This document shows, one piece after another, positions 35,261 through 44,847 of a DNA stretch of 64,000 nucleotides. This DNA is from an uncultured Desulfobacteraceae bacterium. GTDB taxonomy: Bacteria; Desulfobacterota; Desulfobacteria; Desulfobacterales; UBA5852. How positions within the stretch are numbered: the first letter of the stretch is position 1; each line of letters starts with the position of its first letter. A program made the position numbers and the translations under genes. A model generated the notes under the pieces. It saw nothing but the letters and a program-made list of their open reading frames with translations, ran no database searches and was not told where the DNA came from. The stretch is from contig CALNZV010000020.1 of the NCBI GenBank assembly GCA_942491115.1, positions 896,524 through 960,523 on the forward strand. The letters run 5' to 3'.

Positions 35261-35716
35261 TTGGAAAAAACCGGTTCCATAGTGACGGATCGAGACCATC
35301 CACCCGATCTGGAAGACCTTCTTCCCCACCGAGGGCCCATGCTTCTGATCGACGATATCCTGGCCGTCGACAGAAACCACGCCGTATCCCAAGCAAGGGT
35401 CAGGGATCGATGGCCGGGATTCGACGGATCGACAGTCAGTCCTCTGCTGATCATCGAATTGGTGGCCCAGACCTCCGGACTCAGCAACGGTCTGGATCGA
35501 ATGCTGACGGAAGGGCCCGCTGCCGACAAGAGGGGGTGGATTGTCGGCGTCAAAGAGGCGCGCTTCTCTGCCGATCGGCTGATCCCGGGGACCCTGATCA
35601 TTACCGAAGCCTCCAACAGTTTCAAATTCGAGGGGTTTAGAGAAATCAGAGGCACCTCCAGAATCGGTACCGATATCATCGGAGAGGTCGTGCTTCAAGT
35701 CATGCGCTCGGGGTAG
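35261..35716 (+). CDS. 3-hydroxyacyl-ACP dehydratase, ApeP-like hotdog
   Basis: N-terminal motif LLPHRGPMLLIDDI. TTG start at 35261, with GTG at 35282 as an alternative. Confidence 0.75.
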   Translation: MEKTGSIVTDRDHPPDLEDLLPHRGPMLLIDDILAVDRNHAVSQARVRDRWPGFDGSTVSPLLIIELVAQTSGLSNGLDRMLTEGPAADKRGWIVGVKEARFSADRLIPGTLIITEASNSFKFEGFREIRGTSRIGTDIIGEVVLQVMRSG

Positions 35717-35815
35717 GGCCCGAGACCGGGTATGATGGGCTCGGCGTTGTCATGACCCTAACCCCATCGGAGGGCCCCGGAAACGGCCCCCCGCCATCAC
35801 CATCGGATTCCGCTT

Positions 35816-36559
35816 ATGGTCATGGAAGCCTTCACAGATCCCCCCATCGCCCTGGTAACAGGGGCCAGCAAAGGTATCGGCCGGGCCGTCAGTGTCGAGC
35901 TGGCCCGCAGCGGGTACACGGTGGCCGTCAATTACCGTGCCGATGAAGCGGGCGCTCTCGAGACCGTCTCCCTGGTCACGGCACAGGGTGCCCGGGGACA
36001 GGCCGTCGGCTTTGATGTTACCGACCGCCGCGCCGCCACTGACGCCATTTCCACGATTCTCTCGGAGGTCGGCCCCATCGACGTTCTGATCAATAACGCC
36101 GGCATCACCTCGGACGGCCTTTTTGTCATGATGTCCAAGGAGAGCTGGGACCGGGTGATCCGCACCAGTCTGGACGGTTTTTATCATTGTACGAAGCCTG
36201 TTATCGAATCCATGATCCGTCGGAAGCATGGCAGCATCGTCTCCATAGCCTCGGTGGCCGGTCTGGTGGCCAATCGGGGGCAGTCCAACTACTCAGCCGC
36301 CAAGGCGGGGGTCATTGCGGCCAGCCGCTGCCTGGCCGCAGAGGTGGGTCGACTCGGTATCCGGGTAAACGTGGTGGCGCCGGGACTGATCGATACGGAC
36401 ATGATCAAAGACGCGCCGGTGCCTCACATCAAATCCATGATCCCGATGGCCCGTATCGGCCGGCCGGAGGAGGTGGCACGGGTGGTACGCTTTCTGTGCT
36501 CCGAAGATGCCTCCTATGTCACCGGTCAGGTCATCGGTGTTAATGGCGGCATGGCCTGA
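35816..36559 (+). CDS. fabG: 3-oxoacyl-ACP reductase (SDR, FabG-type ketoreductase)
   Basis: TGASKGIGRA cofactor motif, catalytic NYSAAKAG (YxxxK), 247 aa. Confidence 0.9.
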   Translation: MVMEAFTDPPIALVTGASKGIGRAVSVELARSGYTVAVNYRADEAGALETVSLVTAQGARGQAVGFDVTDRRAATDAISTILSEVGPIDVLINNAGITSDGLFVMMSKESWDRVIRTSLDGFYHCTKPVIESMIRRKHGSIVSIASVAGLVANRGQSNYSAAKAGVIAASRCLAAEVGRLGIRVNVVAPGLIDTDMIKDAPVPHIKSMIPMARIGRPEEVARVVRFLCSEDASYVTGQVIGVNGGMA

Positions 36560-36591
36560 ACCCCCATGCGAGGATTCCTGACAGACGCCGA

Positions 36592-37209
36592 ATGAAACGC
36601 GCTCAAGACATATGGATGCCATTGGGGGCCTCCGCCATTGCATTCCTACTGCTGGTCGGTTGGGCTGACAGCTTCGAGGCCCTGCGCCGGGAAGGCAATG
36701 CCATCCGGTCGATTAGGGCGGAGTTTACCCAGCAGAAAGAAATGCGGATGCTTGTCCGCCCGATCCTCTCCGAGGGCCGGTTTTTCTTCCAGAAACCCGG
36801 TTCCCTGCGCTGGGAATATACCTCCCCCGTAAAAAGCGTTCTGCTCATGCACGACGGATCGGTTCGGCGATTCTTTCAACAGACGGGCGACTGGACCGAA
36901 GACACGACGGCCGGCCTTCAGGCCATGGACGTTGTCATGGAGGAAATCACCCGATGGCTGAACGGCCGATTTGAAGACAATCCGGTCTTCCTGGCCGAAC
37001 TGGTGCCGGGCCGACTGATACGGCTTAGGCCTAAAAGCGATGCCATGGCAGGCATCATACAAAAAATCGAGCTCATTCTTGCCGACCGGCCCGGCGTTCT
37101 CGAGGAGGTCGTTATCTACGAGAGCGAATCTTCCCTGACGCGATTAATTTTCAGCGGATCACGGGTCAACCTTGCCATCCCGGAATGGGTGTTTAAAACG
37201 GCCCAATGA
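36592..37209 (+). CDS. LolA-like outer-membrane lipoprotein carrier protein
   Basis: Signal peptide followed by FTQQKEMRMLVRPILSEGRFFFQKPGSLRWEY, the LolA-fold signature seen in APE clusters. Confidence 0.8.
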   Translation: MKRAQDIWMPLGASAIAFLLLVGWADSFEALRREGNAIRSIRAEFTQQKEMRMLVRPILSEGRFFFQKPGSLRWEYTSPVKSVLLMHDGSVRRFFQQTGDWTEDTTAGLQAMDVVMEEITRWLNGRFEDNPVFLAELVPGRLIRLRPKSDAMAGIIQKIELILADRPGVLEEVVIYESESSLTRLIFSGSRVNLAIPEWVFKTAQ

Positions 37210-37886
37210 GACGACATCTCACCCTTGCTGCTCTTGCGATACTTTGGGTGGCCTGCGCCCGTCCGCCGGCATCGACGACCTTGCCCGGCGATGGAATTCC
37301 CCCCAGTGACTGCACGGCGGGCTTTCCGCCGGGCCGCTGGCAGGTCAGCCACTCCCTGGTCGTCTCTGCGCCGTTCGGCAACACCGCCCAGCTGATCGGG
37401 GTGTCGCTCGTCGATGGGGAGACCCGCCGTTTGGACTGCGCCCTGATGACCGTCGAAGGCCTGATTTTATTCAGCGGCCGGTACGACGGGCAAGTCGTTG
37501 TGGAACGTGCCCTGCCTCCGATGGATCGGCGTGGATTCGCCGAAGGCCTGATGTCCGACCTGAAGCTCATCTTTTTCCGCCCGTCCGCCCCCCTGATGAG
37601 AGCCGCCAGGACGACAGACGGAAACCGGATCTGCCGATATGGCCGCCCCGGTGATCCCCAGACCGATCTGAAACTCACAGCCGACGGGTGGGAGCTTCGC
37701 CGGTACGGCGAGGCATCCCGTCTGGAGAGGACCATAAAAGCCGTCTATTCGCCGGGCCCACTGCCGTCCCCCGGGGGCCGCTTTGCGGACCGTTTGATCC
37801 TCGAGGCCCATGGTACCGGCGCCTACACCATCGACATGGTCCTTGTGGAAGCCGTTCCCCTGCCCCCGGAGGCGCTCCATCAATGA
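37206..37886 (+). CDS. Lipoprotein, DUF3261-like (APE-cluster-associated)
   Basis: Lipobox LWVAC. ATGA overlap with the LolA-like gene. The family call rests on position and overall pattern only. Confidence 0.6.
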   Translation: MRRHLTLAALAILWVACARPPASTTLPGDGIPPSDCTAGFPPGRWQVSHSLVVSAPFGNTAQLIGVSLVDGETRRLDCALMTVEGLILFSGRYDGQVVVERALPPMDRRGFAEGLMSDLKLIFFRPSAPLMRAARTTDGNRICRYGRPGDPQTDLKLTADGWELRRYGEASRLERTIKAVYSPGPLPSPGGRFADRLILEAHGTGAYTIDMVLVEAVPLPPEALHQ

Positions 37887-37933
37887 TCCAACAAACCGGA
37901 CTCCCCATCCGGCGTGAATAGGAAGACCACCCA

Positions 37934-39238
37934 ATGAAGATCTTGCTTATCTATCCCCGGTGGCCAAAGCTCAGCCGCCAAACCGAGTTTCACCTCCCTC
38001 CCCATGGCCCGGTGGTTTTTGCCGCCGCCCTCCCCGGGGATGTGGAGGTCGAATTCATCGACGAGAATCTGGAAACCGTCGATACCGACGCCGATGTCGA
38101 CCTGGTGGCCATTTCCATGATGCTGACCCTTCAAGTCAAACGGGGGTGGGAGATCGCCGGGGCCTTTCGCCGCCGGGGGGTCAAGGTCATCTTCGGGGGC
38201 ATCGCCACGATGCTCCATGCCGAGGAAACCAAGGCCCATGGGGATGCCATCTTCCTGGGAGAGGCTGAGGGACGCATGGAGGAAGTCATCTCCGATTTCA
38301 GGCGTGGACGGTTGAAAGGCGTCTACGACTACCTCGACAGTCCGCCTCCCATCGAATCGGTGGGGACCGCCAGGCGGGATCTGCTGAAGCGGAACCTGTA
38401 CAACTACAAAGGCGTTCAGATGGTGGATCTTGTCCACGCGTCGAGGGGCTGCCGCTACAACTGCTACCCCTGTTGCGTGGCCTTTCTGGGGGGGCGACAG
38501 TTCAGGCCGCGGCCGGTACACAAGGCGGTGGCTGAAATGGCGGCCATCGACAACAACCGCCTGTTCATCGTGGACAACTCACTGGCCCAGGACACCCAGT
38601 GGGAAAAAGATCTCTTCAAGGCCATGATCCCGTTGAAGAAGCATTGGTGCAGCCACCCCATCGAAGACCGTTCCGACATCCTTGACCTGGCCGCCCAGGC
38701 GGGGGCCTGGTATGTCTATCAGGCCGTGTTCGACACTTCCGATCATATTCGGGAGCGCATCCGGCGCTACCATGACCACGGCATCGGCGTGGAGGGAACC
38801 ATTCTTCTTGGACTGGACGACCAGACCGAAGACGATATTCTACGCCTGGTGGATTTTCTGCAGGAGATCGAGCTCGATCTGGCGGAATTCACGGTGCTCA
38901 CTCCGTTTCCCCACACCCAGGCATACAGGGATCTCAACGGGCAGAACCGGATATTCTCCACCGACTGGAACGACTACTCCGCAGAGAAGGTGGTCTTCCA
39001 GCCCAAACACATGTCCCCAGGCCGGCTCCAGGAGCTGCTGGCCTATGCCTGGGACAGCTTCTACCGAGATGAACCCCAGGAAATCAAGATGTTCAAGCTA
39101 CTCCAGCGGGTGGTGGCGAAGGAAAAGGCCCAGGACACCTTCCGTCCTCGCAACCGGGATCTCGCCGGGATGGCCTTCGGCCGAAACACGGCCGGAGACG
39201 TGCCGGATGACCCCGAGGACCGTCAGTCCAGATCCTGA
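37934..39238 (+). CDS. Cobalamin-binding-domain (class B) radical SAM protein
   Basis: MKILLIYPRWP... is a B12-type N-terminal domain, followed by SRGCRYNCYPC (CxxxCxxC). It is the last gene of the plus-strand operon. Confidence 0.85.
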   Translation: MKILLIYPRWPKLSRQTEFHLPPHGPVVFAAALPGDVEVEFIDENLETVDTDADVDLVAISMMLTLQVKRGWEIAGAFRRRGVKVIFGGIATMLHAEETKAHGDAIFLGEAEGRMEEVISDFRRGRLKGVYDYLDSPPPIESVGTARRDLLKRNLYNYKGVQMVDLVHASRGCRYNCYPCCVAFLGGRQFRPRPVHKAVAEMAAIDNNRLFIVDNSLAQDTQWEKDLFKAMIPLKKHWCSHPIEDRSDILDLAAQAGAWYVYQAVFDTSDHIRERIRRYHDHGIGVEGTILLGLDDQTEDDILRLVDFLQEIELDLAEFTVLTPFPHTQAYRDLNGQNRIFSTDWNDYSAEKVVFQPKHMSPGRLQELLAYAWDSFYRDEPQEIKMFKLLQRVVAKEKAQDTFRPRNRDLAGMAFGRNTAGDVPDDPEDRQSRS

Positions 39239-40707
39239 AACCGGTTGACCCCTCTCTGGCGGGCCATGTCCAGCTCATAGCGCCCCCTCCACCCGAGGGC
39301 TTTCAGTTTCCGTCCGAGCACGATCTTCAGAAATGGTTTGAACGCATAGAGCCAGATTCCCGTCCACATCCGCCCCTGCTCACGAACCCGGGGCGACGGC
39401 TCCCACCACCCCATGGTTACCTGGCGATGGTACCAAACCAGGTACTGAAGGGTGTCGGTGTCCATCTGACGGGTTCTCACGTTGGCCCAGATGCCGTTGT
39501 ACCATCGGTAGTCGTCAGGGTTGGACACCAGCCCCTCGTCCATCAGGTGCTGACGGATGCCGGTTTTGGGATAGGGGGTGAGAATCTGGCAGTAGGCGGT
39601 ATCCGCCCCCGAGGACTTGAGGAAGCGGTAGTTTTCGACGATCTCCTCCTCTCCGTCATCCGGGAACCCGAAGATCATCCCCCCCACCACCATGATTCCG
39701 TATCGATGGCAGGTATCGATGGCCTTTCGGGACGCCGCCACGATATCCCCCTTTTTCGCAGTCTTGAGGTTCTTCTTGGAGACATTTTCGATACCCAGAA
39801 AGATCGTCTTAAAGCCGGCCTTGGCCATCAGTCGAACCATATCCTCGTTGGCGGCCATGGTCACGCAGTCCGCCTGAACCACGAAATGCAGGTTCCGGTA
39901 GCCACGGGCGATGATGGCGTCGCACAGGGCCATCACCCGATCGGGCGAAAGGACCAGATTGTCGTCGGAAACGAAGATCCACCGGCAGTGTCGCCGGTAG
40001 TAGATATCGTCGATATCCGCCAGCACCCTGTCGATGGGAAAAGGTCTGAAGGAGCGGCCGTACATGTGGCGAATGCTGCAGAAATTGCAGTTTCGCGTAC
40101 ATCCCCGGGAGGTCTCCATCACCTCCACCTTGCTGTTCATGATGTGATAGCCCCAGGTCAGCCGCCGCTTGTCACGGATGGGGATCTTCAACCGCGACAG
40201 ATCCAGGAGCTCCCCCCGGGGGTTGTGACGGAACCCTCCGTCGGTTCGATAGGACAGGGATGGAATGGCCTCCAGACGGTCCCGGTCCTCCAGAGCATTC
40301 ACCAGCCGTCGAAAGGTGTCTTCGCCCTCTCCACGGATCATGAAATCGATGCCCTCCGTCCCGTCGGAGTCGCCGATTTCCTCGTACATCAGGGTGGCAT
40401 GGTAGCCACCAAGGGCAATCTTGACCCGTGGCAGAAGGTCCTTGATGAGCCGGGTCAGCTTGATGCAGGTGTCAAACTGCCAGGTCATGGACGACAGCCC
40501 GACCAGGTCCGGCTGAATTCTGGTGAGAACCCGGGTGAGGTAGCGCCGAACCGAGCGACGGGTGCGGATCAGGTCGATCAGACGGACATCGTGATCACCG
40601 TCGATGTTGGCGCCGATGCTGGCGATCCCCAGGTTGGGCATGTGGAAGGCGGCCTCGTGCATGATCACAGGCGCTACATCCGGCATGGATATCAGGACTA
40701 TCTTCAT
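39223..40707 (-). CDS. Cobalamin-binding-domain (class B) radical SAM protein
   Basis: MKIVLISMPD...NLGIASIGA is a B12-type N-terminal domain, followed by SRGCTRNCNFC (CxxxCxxC). The 3' end overlaps the convergent B12-rSAM gene by 16 bp. Confidence 0.85.
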   Translation of the reverse strand: MKIVLISMPDVAPVIMHEAAFHMPNLGIASIGANIDGDHDVRLIDLIRTRRSVRRYLTRVLTRIQPDLVGLSSMTWQFDTCIKLTRLIKDLLPRVKIALGGYHATLMYEEIGDSDGTEGIDFMIRGEGEDTFRRLVNALEDRDRLEAIPSLSYRTDGGFRHNPRGELLDLSRLKIPIRDKRRLTWGYHIMNSKVEVMETSRGCTRNCNFCSIRHMYGRSFRPFPIDRVLADIDDIYYRRHCRWIFVSDDNLVLSPDRVMALCDAIIARGYRNLHFVVQADCVTMAANEDMVRLMAKAGFKTIFLGIENVSKKNLKTAKKGDIVAASRKAIDTCHRYGIMVVGGMIFGFPDDGEEEIVENYRFLKSSGADTAYCQILTPYPKTGIRQHLMDEGLVSNPDDYRWYNGIWANVRTRQMDTDTLQYLVWYHRQVTMGWWEPSPRVREQGRMWTGIWLYAFKPFLKIVLGRKLKALGWRGRYELDMARQRGVNRFQDLD

Positions 40708-40766
40708 GGTACCTCACTAACCCGACGCCGCCAAATAACTGCTTTCAATGGCGGAGGCGGTGGGGG

Positions 40767-41570
40767 TCAATGCCTCAGATGGGCTTCTAGGCGACGGCGA
40801 ACATCGGCCATGAGAGAACCGACCCCGACGGCTATGCCGTCGATCTCCGTGGGGATGTCCGCCACCAGTTCAACGGTGACGGTATTGGCCCGGCAAGTGT
40901 TGAACAAAAACTTGCCGGGCTGGAAAAGGGTTTCCGATCCTTGGACGGCCACCACTTTGATCGGCACCCTCATCCTTTTGGCAAGGGTGAATACGCCTCT
41001 TCGAAACCGCCCCATCCCACCGTCTTTGCTGCGGGTTCCTTCAGGGAAAACGATTAAATTGCCCCCCCCTGCCAGAAGGCTATCCAGGCGGCTTAGGCCA
41101 TCGATCATCACCCCCCCGTGGCGGCTGTTGGCCTGGGAAGGGATATAGCCGGACAGGGCAAGCATGGTGCCAAAGACCGGAATATCGAACAACCTCGCCT
41201 TGGCAATAGTGGTGTGCTTCTCAAATAAAGAAATCAATAAGATCGGATCAATATAAGAGACGTGGTTGCTCACGACGATGGAGGAGCGGATGTGACGGAC
41301 GTCATCGGCGATCTCCCAGTGCTGGAGGGGCGCCAGCCATTTCAGCAGCCGGAAGAAACCTTTGTAGAACCGGTGGTTCAGCCGCTGGAATGCCTCACGG
41401 CGATCGGCGGAGAAAAGGGCTGCCAAAAAATATCTCGGGGCAAAGAACCCCACGAACCCGATGGTAAAATACCCCCATAGGCAGAGGGTGATCGCAAGGT
41501 CTTTCAGCCGCTCGGCCCGGGTGGCCCCGCGCGGTGAAGCGCCCCTTCCGGTGGTCGACCGGCTGCTCAT
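40767..41570 (-). CDS. Lysophospholipid (1-acyl-sn-glycerol-3-phosphate, PlsC-type) acyltransferase
   Basis: Catalytic block NHVSYIDP (HxxxxD) and FPEGTRS. N-terminal TM segment. Confidence 0.85.
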   Translation of the reverse strand: MSSRSTTGRGASPRGATRAERLKDLAITLCLWGYFTIGFVGFFAPRYFLAALFSADRREAFQRLNHRFYKGFFRLLKWLAPLQHWEIADDVRHIRSSIVVSNHVSYIDPILLISLFEKHTTIAKARLFDIPVFGTMLALSGYIPSQANSRHGGVMIDGLSRLDSLLAGGGNLIVFPEGTRSKDGGMGRFRRGVFTLAKRMRVPIKVVAVQGSETLFQPGKFLFNTCRANTVTVELVADIPTEIDGIAVGVGSLMADVRRRLEAHLRH

Positions 41571-42808
41571 GGGTCTTCAGGCCTCGTCAGAAACAAGCAG
41601 GTGTTGACCCCGCCGAATGCAAAGTTCTGCACCGCGGCCGTCCCGATGGGGCTCGATTCCAGGCCGGCGGTGTGTCGGATACCGCTGCAGCGAGGGTCGA
41701 CCTCATCCAGATTCAGTGTCGGAGCGATGAATCCTTCCGCCATCATATGAAGCGTCATGATGGATTCGATGACGCCGCAGGCCCCCATGGTATGGCCCAT
41801 ATAGCTTTTGAGGCCGCTCACCGCCGGTGATTTTCCATAGATCCGTTCGATGGCCTGGGCCTCCATGACGTCCCCGGTCTTGGTGGCGGTGGCGTGAGCG
41901 CTGATGAAATCCACCTGCCCGGGGTCTAGCCCCGCGCTGTCAAGCCCGGTCTGGATGGCGCGCACGATGCCGTCGATATTGGGAAGGATCAGGTCTCCGC
42001 CGTTGTTGGTGCAGGAGAACCCGACAACCTCACCCAAAATACGTGCCCCCCGGCTTTTGGCGGATTCGTGGGATTCCAGAAGCACGGCCCCGGCGCCCTC
42101 CCCCACCACAAGCCCGTCCCGTCGGCGGTCAAAGGGGCGGGGGGTTTTTTCAGGCGTATCGTTGTAGTCCGTCGAACAGGCCAGAAGATTGTCGAATACC
42201 GCCACGGTGGTGGTATCATATTCATCCGCTCCTCCGCAGAGCATGGCATCCTGAAGGCCGTATTTGACCGCTTCGTATCCGAACCCAATGGACTGGCTGC
42301 TCGTGGTGCAGGCTGTCGAGGAGGAAATCACCCGACCCGTAATTCCAAACATCTTGGCGATGTTGACCGCCGTCGTGTGCACCATGGACTTAAGATAGTC
42401 TACGGCGCCGATATGGCTCAACTTGTTGCCGTCGTCACTGAAAAAGGTCCGGTAGATGTCCCGTTGCACCGTGGGGCTGCCGTGGGTGGAGCCAAAGGCC
42501 ACCCCGAGCCGGCCCGACCGGATGAAATCCTCCGACACGCCAGACTGCATCAAGGTTTCCTTTGCCACGTGGCAGGCATAAAAGGCCACCGGTCCCATGG
42601 TCTTCCGATCCCGCCGGAGAAAATCGAAATCCGGTGGCTCGGCCACGGTGCCGAAAACCCCGGAGTGGATGTGGCGGGTCAGCAGATCATCGTCCCGAAT
42701 ACGGCGAACCCCGGAGCGGCCCGAACGGAGGCTGTCCACGATGGTCTCCCGGGTGCAACCGATCGGGGTGATGGCCGAACAGCCGGTGATTACAACCCGA
42801 TTATCCAT
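41567..42808 (-). CDS. Beta-ketoacyl-ACP synthase (KS), catalytically complete
   Basis: Active-site Cys (STACTTSSQ), His (SAHATATKTGD) and His (MGHTMGACG). ATG at 42808 (MDNRVVITG...), with an alternative ATG at 42832. Confidence 0.9.
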   Translation of the reverse strand: MDNRVVITGCSAITPIGCTRETIVDSLRSGRSGVRRIRDDDLLTRHIHSGVFGTVAEPPDFDFLRRDRKTMGPVAFYACHVAKETLMQSGVSEDFIRSGRLGVAFGSTHGSPTVQRDIYRTFFSDDGNKLSHIGAVDYLKSMVHTTAVNIAKMFGITGRVISSSTACTTSSQSIGFGYEAVKYGLQDAMLCGGADEYDTTTVAVFDNLLACSTDYNDTPEKTPRPFDRRRDGLVVGEGAGAVLLESHESAKSRGARILGEVVGFSCTNNGGDLILPNIDGIVRAIQTGLDSAGLDPGQVDFISAHATATKTGDVMEAQAIERIYGKSPAVSGLKSYMGHTMGACGVIESIMTLHMMAEGFIAPTLNLDEVDPRCSGIRHTAGLESSPIGTAAVQNFAFGGVNTCLFLTRPEDP

Positions 42809-42856
42809 CAAACGGCCCTTTCGCCCATCCATTGGAAAACGCCGGCGATTCGGATC

Positions 42857-43120
42857 TCAGTCATCGGTTGCCCTTTTTGTAACGAGGTTGTCCACGTAAT
42901 CGACGATCTGTCGGATGGTGCGGATATCCATCGCGGCCTTCTTTTCGTCACGGGTCAGTTCAGAATCGAGGAGCACTTCGATTTCCCGCAGCAGTTCGAT
43001 GGCATCGATGCTGTCAAACTCATGGGCATCCCTGAGATCATCGTCAGCCCCCGGATCGACGATTTCGAATTGATCGGCGAAGATCGTAAGGATTGCAGAG
43101 TGAATTTTCGATTTCGTCAT
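42857..43120 (-). CDS. Acyl carrier protein
   Basis: 87 aa from ATG at 43120 (RBS GAGGG) with Ser motif EFDSIDAIELL. Confidence 0.85.
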   Translation of the reverse strand: MTKSKIHSAILTIFADQFEIVDPGADDDLRDAHEFDSIDAIELLREIEVLLDSELTRDEKKAAMDIRTIRQIVDYVDNLVTKRATDD

Positions 43121-43216
43121 TACCCTCGACCCTTTGGAACAGCGTTGAATGAAAAGCGGTATCATACAACAATTCCCGATTAACGGCAAAAGCCCCCCCT
43201 TCGAACCACCATACTT

Positions 43217-44101
43217 TCAGGGGTCAGGGGACAGAAAGGGCTGGAAATGAAACCAGTCGAAAGGGTAGACCCTCAGGGCGGCCTCCAGGTGGTCGGTGTA
43301 GATCTGGGCGGCCTCTTGAATCGCCTGACCTCTGCAGCGCCGGTCCGACACCGTCAAATGGATCGGTTCGTGGGCGACAAGCCGATAGTCCCGGTTCCCC
43401 TGCCGAAAGGCGAAAAAGACCACGATGGGCACACGGGACGCCGAGGCCAGCAGAAAGGGGGATTCCGGCAGTTCCACCCGCCGGCCGAACATGGTGGCGG
43501 CTACCGTTCGCTGGCCGCGTTTCCAGACCCGATCGCCTGCCATGGAGACCAGCCCCCCCGATTTGAGAAACCGGATCCCCTCCACGATGTCGAAGGGAGA
43601 CCCGCCACCCTCCTCTACCCCCACAACACGGACTCCCGCGCCCGCAAGCCCTTTCTTCTGGAGGGCTTCGATTTCATCGGTTTGACGAGTGCCCATGTAA
43701 AGCAGTAGACGGAGGCCCGGAAGCCGTCGCTGCAGCAAGTGGGCCGCCATCTCCCAGTTGCCCATGTGGGACATGAGCAATATCCCCCCATTGCCGGAAT
43801 CGATCACCGCCTCCAGGTAATGGGCGCCATCGATGGAATACCGGATGCCCTCCCCATGGTCCATTAGGGTCCGGTCCAGAAACACGTATGTAAAGTGACG
43901 AAATTGCCGCCAGGAGCAGCGAAGGTGATGCCATCGTCCGGTCCCTGGAAACAGGACGGCATAGAAGGCTGTACTGGATCGTCTCACTTTCGGCCGCATT
44001 ATAAAATAGCCGGCGGCAATACCGGCAGCCACCAGGGAAAACAAACCGCTTCCAAACCGATTGGACGCAAGAACAAGAAGCCGATAAAATCTTTCAATCA
44101 T
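43217..44101 (-). CDS. LpxL/HtrB-family (lipid A lauroyl-type) acyltransferase
   Basis: N-terminal TM segment and catalytic block LLMSHMGNWE (HxxxxE/D). ~294 aa, as expected for LpxL-like enzymes of APE clusters. Confidence 0.8.
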   Translation of the reverse strand: MIERFYRLLVLASNRFGSGLFSLVAAGIAAGYFIMRPKVRRSSTAFYAVLFPGTGRWHHLRCSWRQFRHFTYVFLDRTLMDHGEGIRYSIDGAHYLEAVIDSGNGGILLMSHMGNWEMAAHLLQRRLPGLRLLLYMGTRQTDEIEALQKKGLAGAGVRVVGVEEGGGSPFDIVEGIRFLKSGGLVSMAGDRVWKRGQRTVAATMFGRRVELPESPFLLASASRVPIVVFFAFRQGNRDYRLVAHEPIHLTVSDRRCRGQAIQEAAQIYTDHLEAALRVYPFDWFHFQPFLSPDP

Positions 44102-44847
44102 TTGCTCGACCGTTGGCCTTTATATCGATCTGTGATCCTCCACAGTGGTGGCGAGACCACCCGACGGGTAATCAGGCGGGCAAATGTTCCGGTATTCCTG
44201 AAAAAATCAGGAATCGGACGAAAATGTGAAATCCGGGACCCGGATCGACTGTAACGCACCGACACCGGCACCTCGATTATGGGAAGGCCGGCCCAGGCGG
44301 CCTTGGCCAAGACCTCCACTTCGAATTGATATCGCCGAGCCTCGACCTTCAGGGTCAAGACCTCGGGCAGTGGATACACCCGCATCCCCGTCTGGGTGTC
44401 GTGGAGATAGACCCCACCGGACACCCACACCCAGAAATTGGAAAACGCCCGGCCCGAGCGACTGGTCCACGGTGCGGTCTCCATTCCTTTACGACAACCA
44501 ATCACGATGGCCTTTCCGGAGGCGGGCACTGCGGACATAAGGGCTCCGATATCGGTCGGATCGTGCTGACCGTCAGCATCCAGGGTGACGACCCAATCCA
44601 CTCTGTTCCCCAGGTGGCGAAATCCCGACAACAAGGCGGCCCCTTTGCCCCGGTTGCAGGGATGACGCAGGATCTCTATGTTGGAAATCGATCGGAGCCG
44701 TTTGCACGTATCGTCTGTGGACCCGTCGTCGACGACCACAACGGGCGCCTGCCAGGCGAGGGTTTTTTGAGCGATGTCGGCGACGGTCCCCCCATGGTTG
44801 TAAGCCGGAATAACGACGGCGAAGGGAGGATGGGGGCTTGGGCTCAT
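44098..44847 (-). CDS. Glycosyltransferase family 2
   Basis: VVIPAYNHG...VVVDDGSTDDT and a DAD (DxD) block LDADGQHDP. The ATG overlaps the upstream stop (ATGA at 44844-44847). Confidence 0.88.
   Translation of the reverse strand: MSPSPHPPFAVVIPAYNHGGTVADIAQKTLAWQAPVVVVDDGSTDDTCKRLRSISNIEILRHPCNRGKGAALLSGFRHLGNRVDWVVTLDADGQHDPTDIGALMSAVPASGKAIVIGCRKGMETAPWTSRSGRAFSNFWVWVSGGVYLHDTQTGMRVYPLPEVLTLKVEARRYQFEVEVLAKAAWAGLPIIEVPVSVRYSRSGSRISHFRPIPDFFRNTGTFARLITRRVVSPPLWRITDRYKGQRSSK

Noticed and set aside
39427-41148. 573-aa plus-strand ORF, with similar long antisense ORFs at 42068-43183, 48871-50085, 32979-34040, 31941-32846, 25595-26476, 26495-27244, 21606-22382, 59140-60354 and 16967-17572.
   Set aside because: Each lies opposite a gene with clear catalytic motifs (rSAM, PlsC, KS, LutB/LutA, MMPL, SIMPL, ligase). 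Their translations are dominated by G, P, R, H and D runs and contain no recognisable domain.
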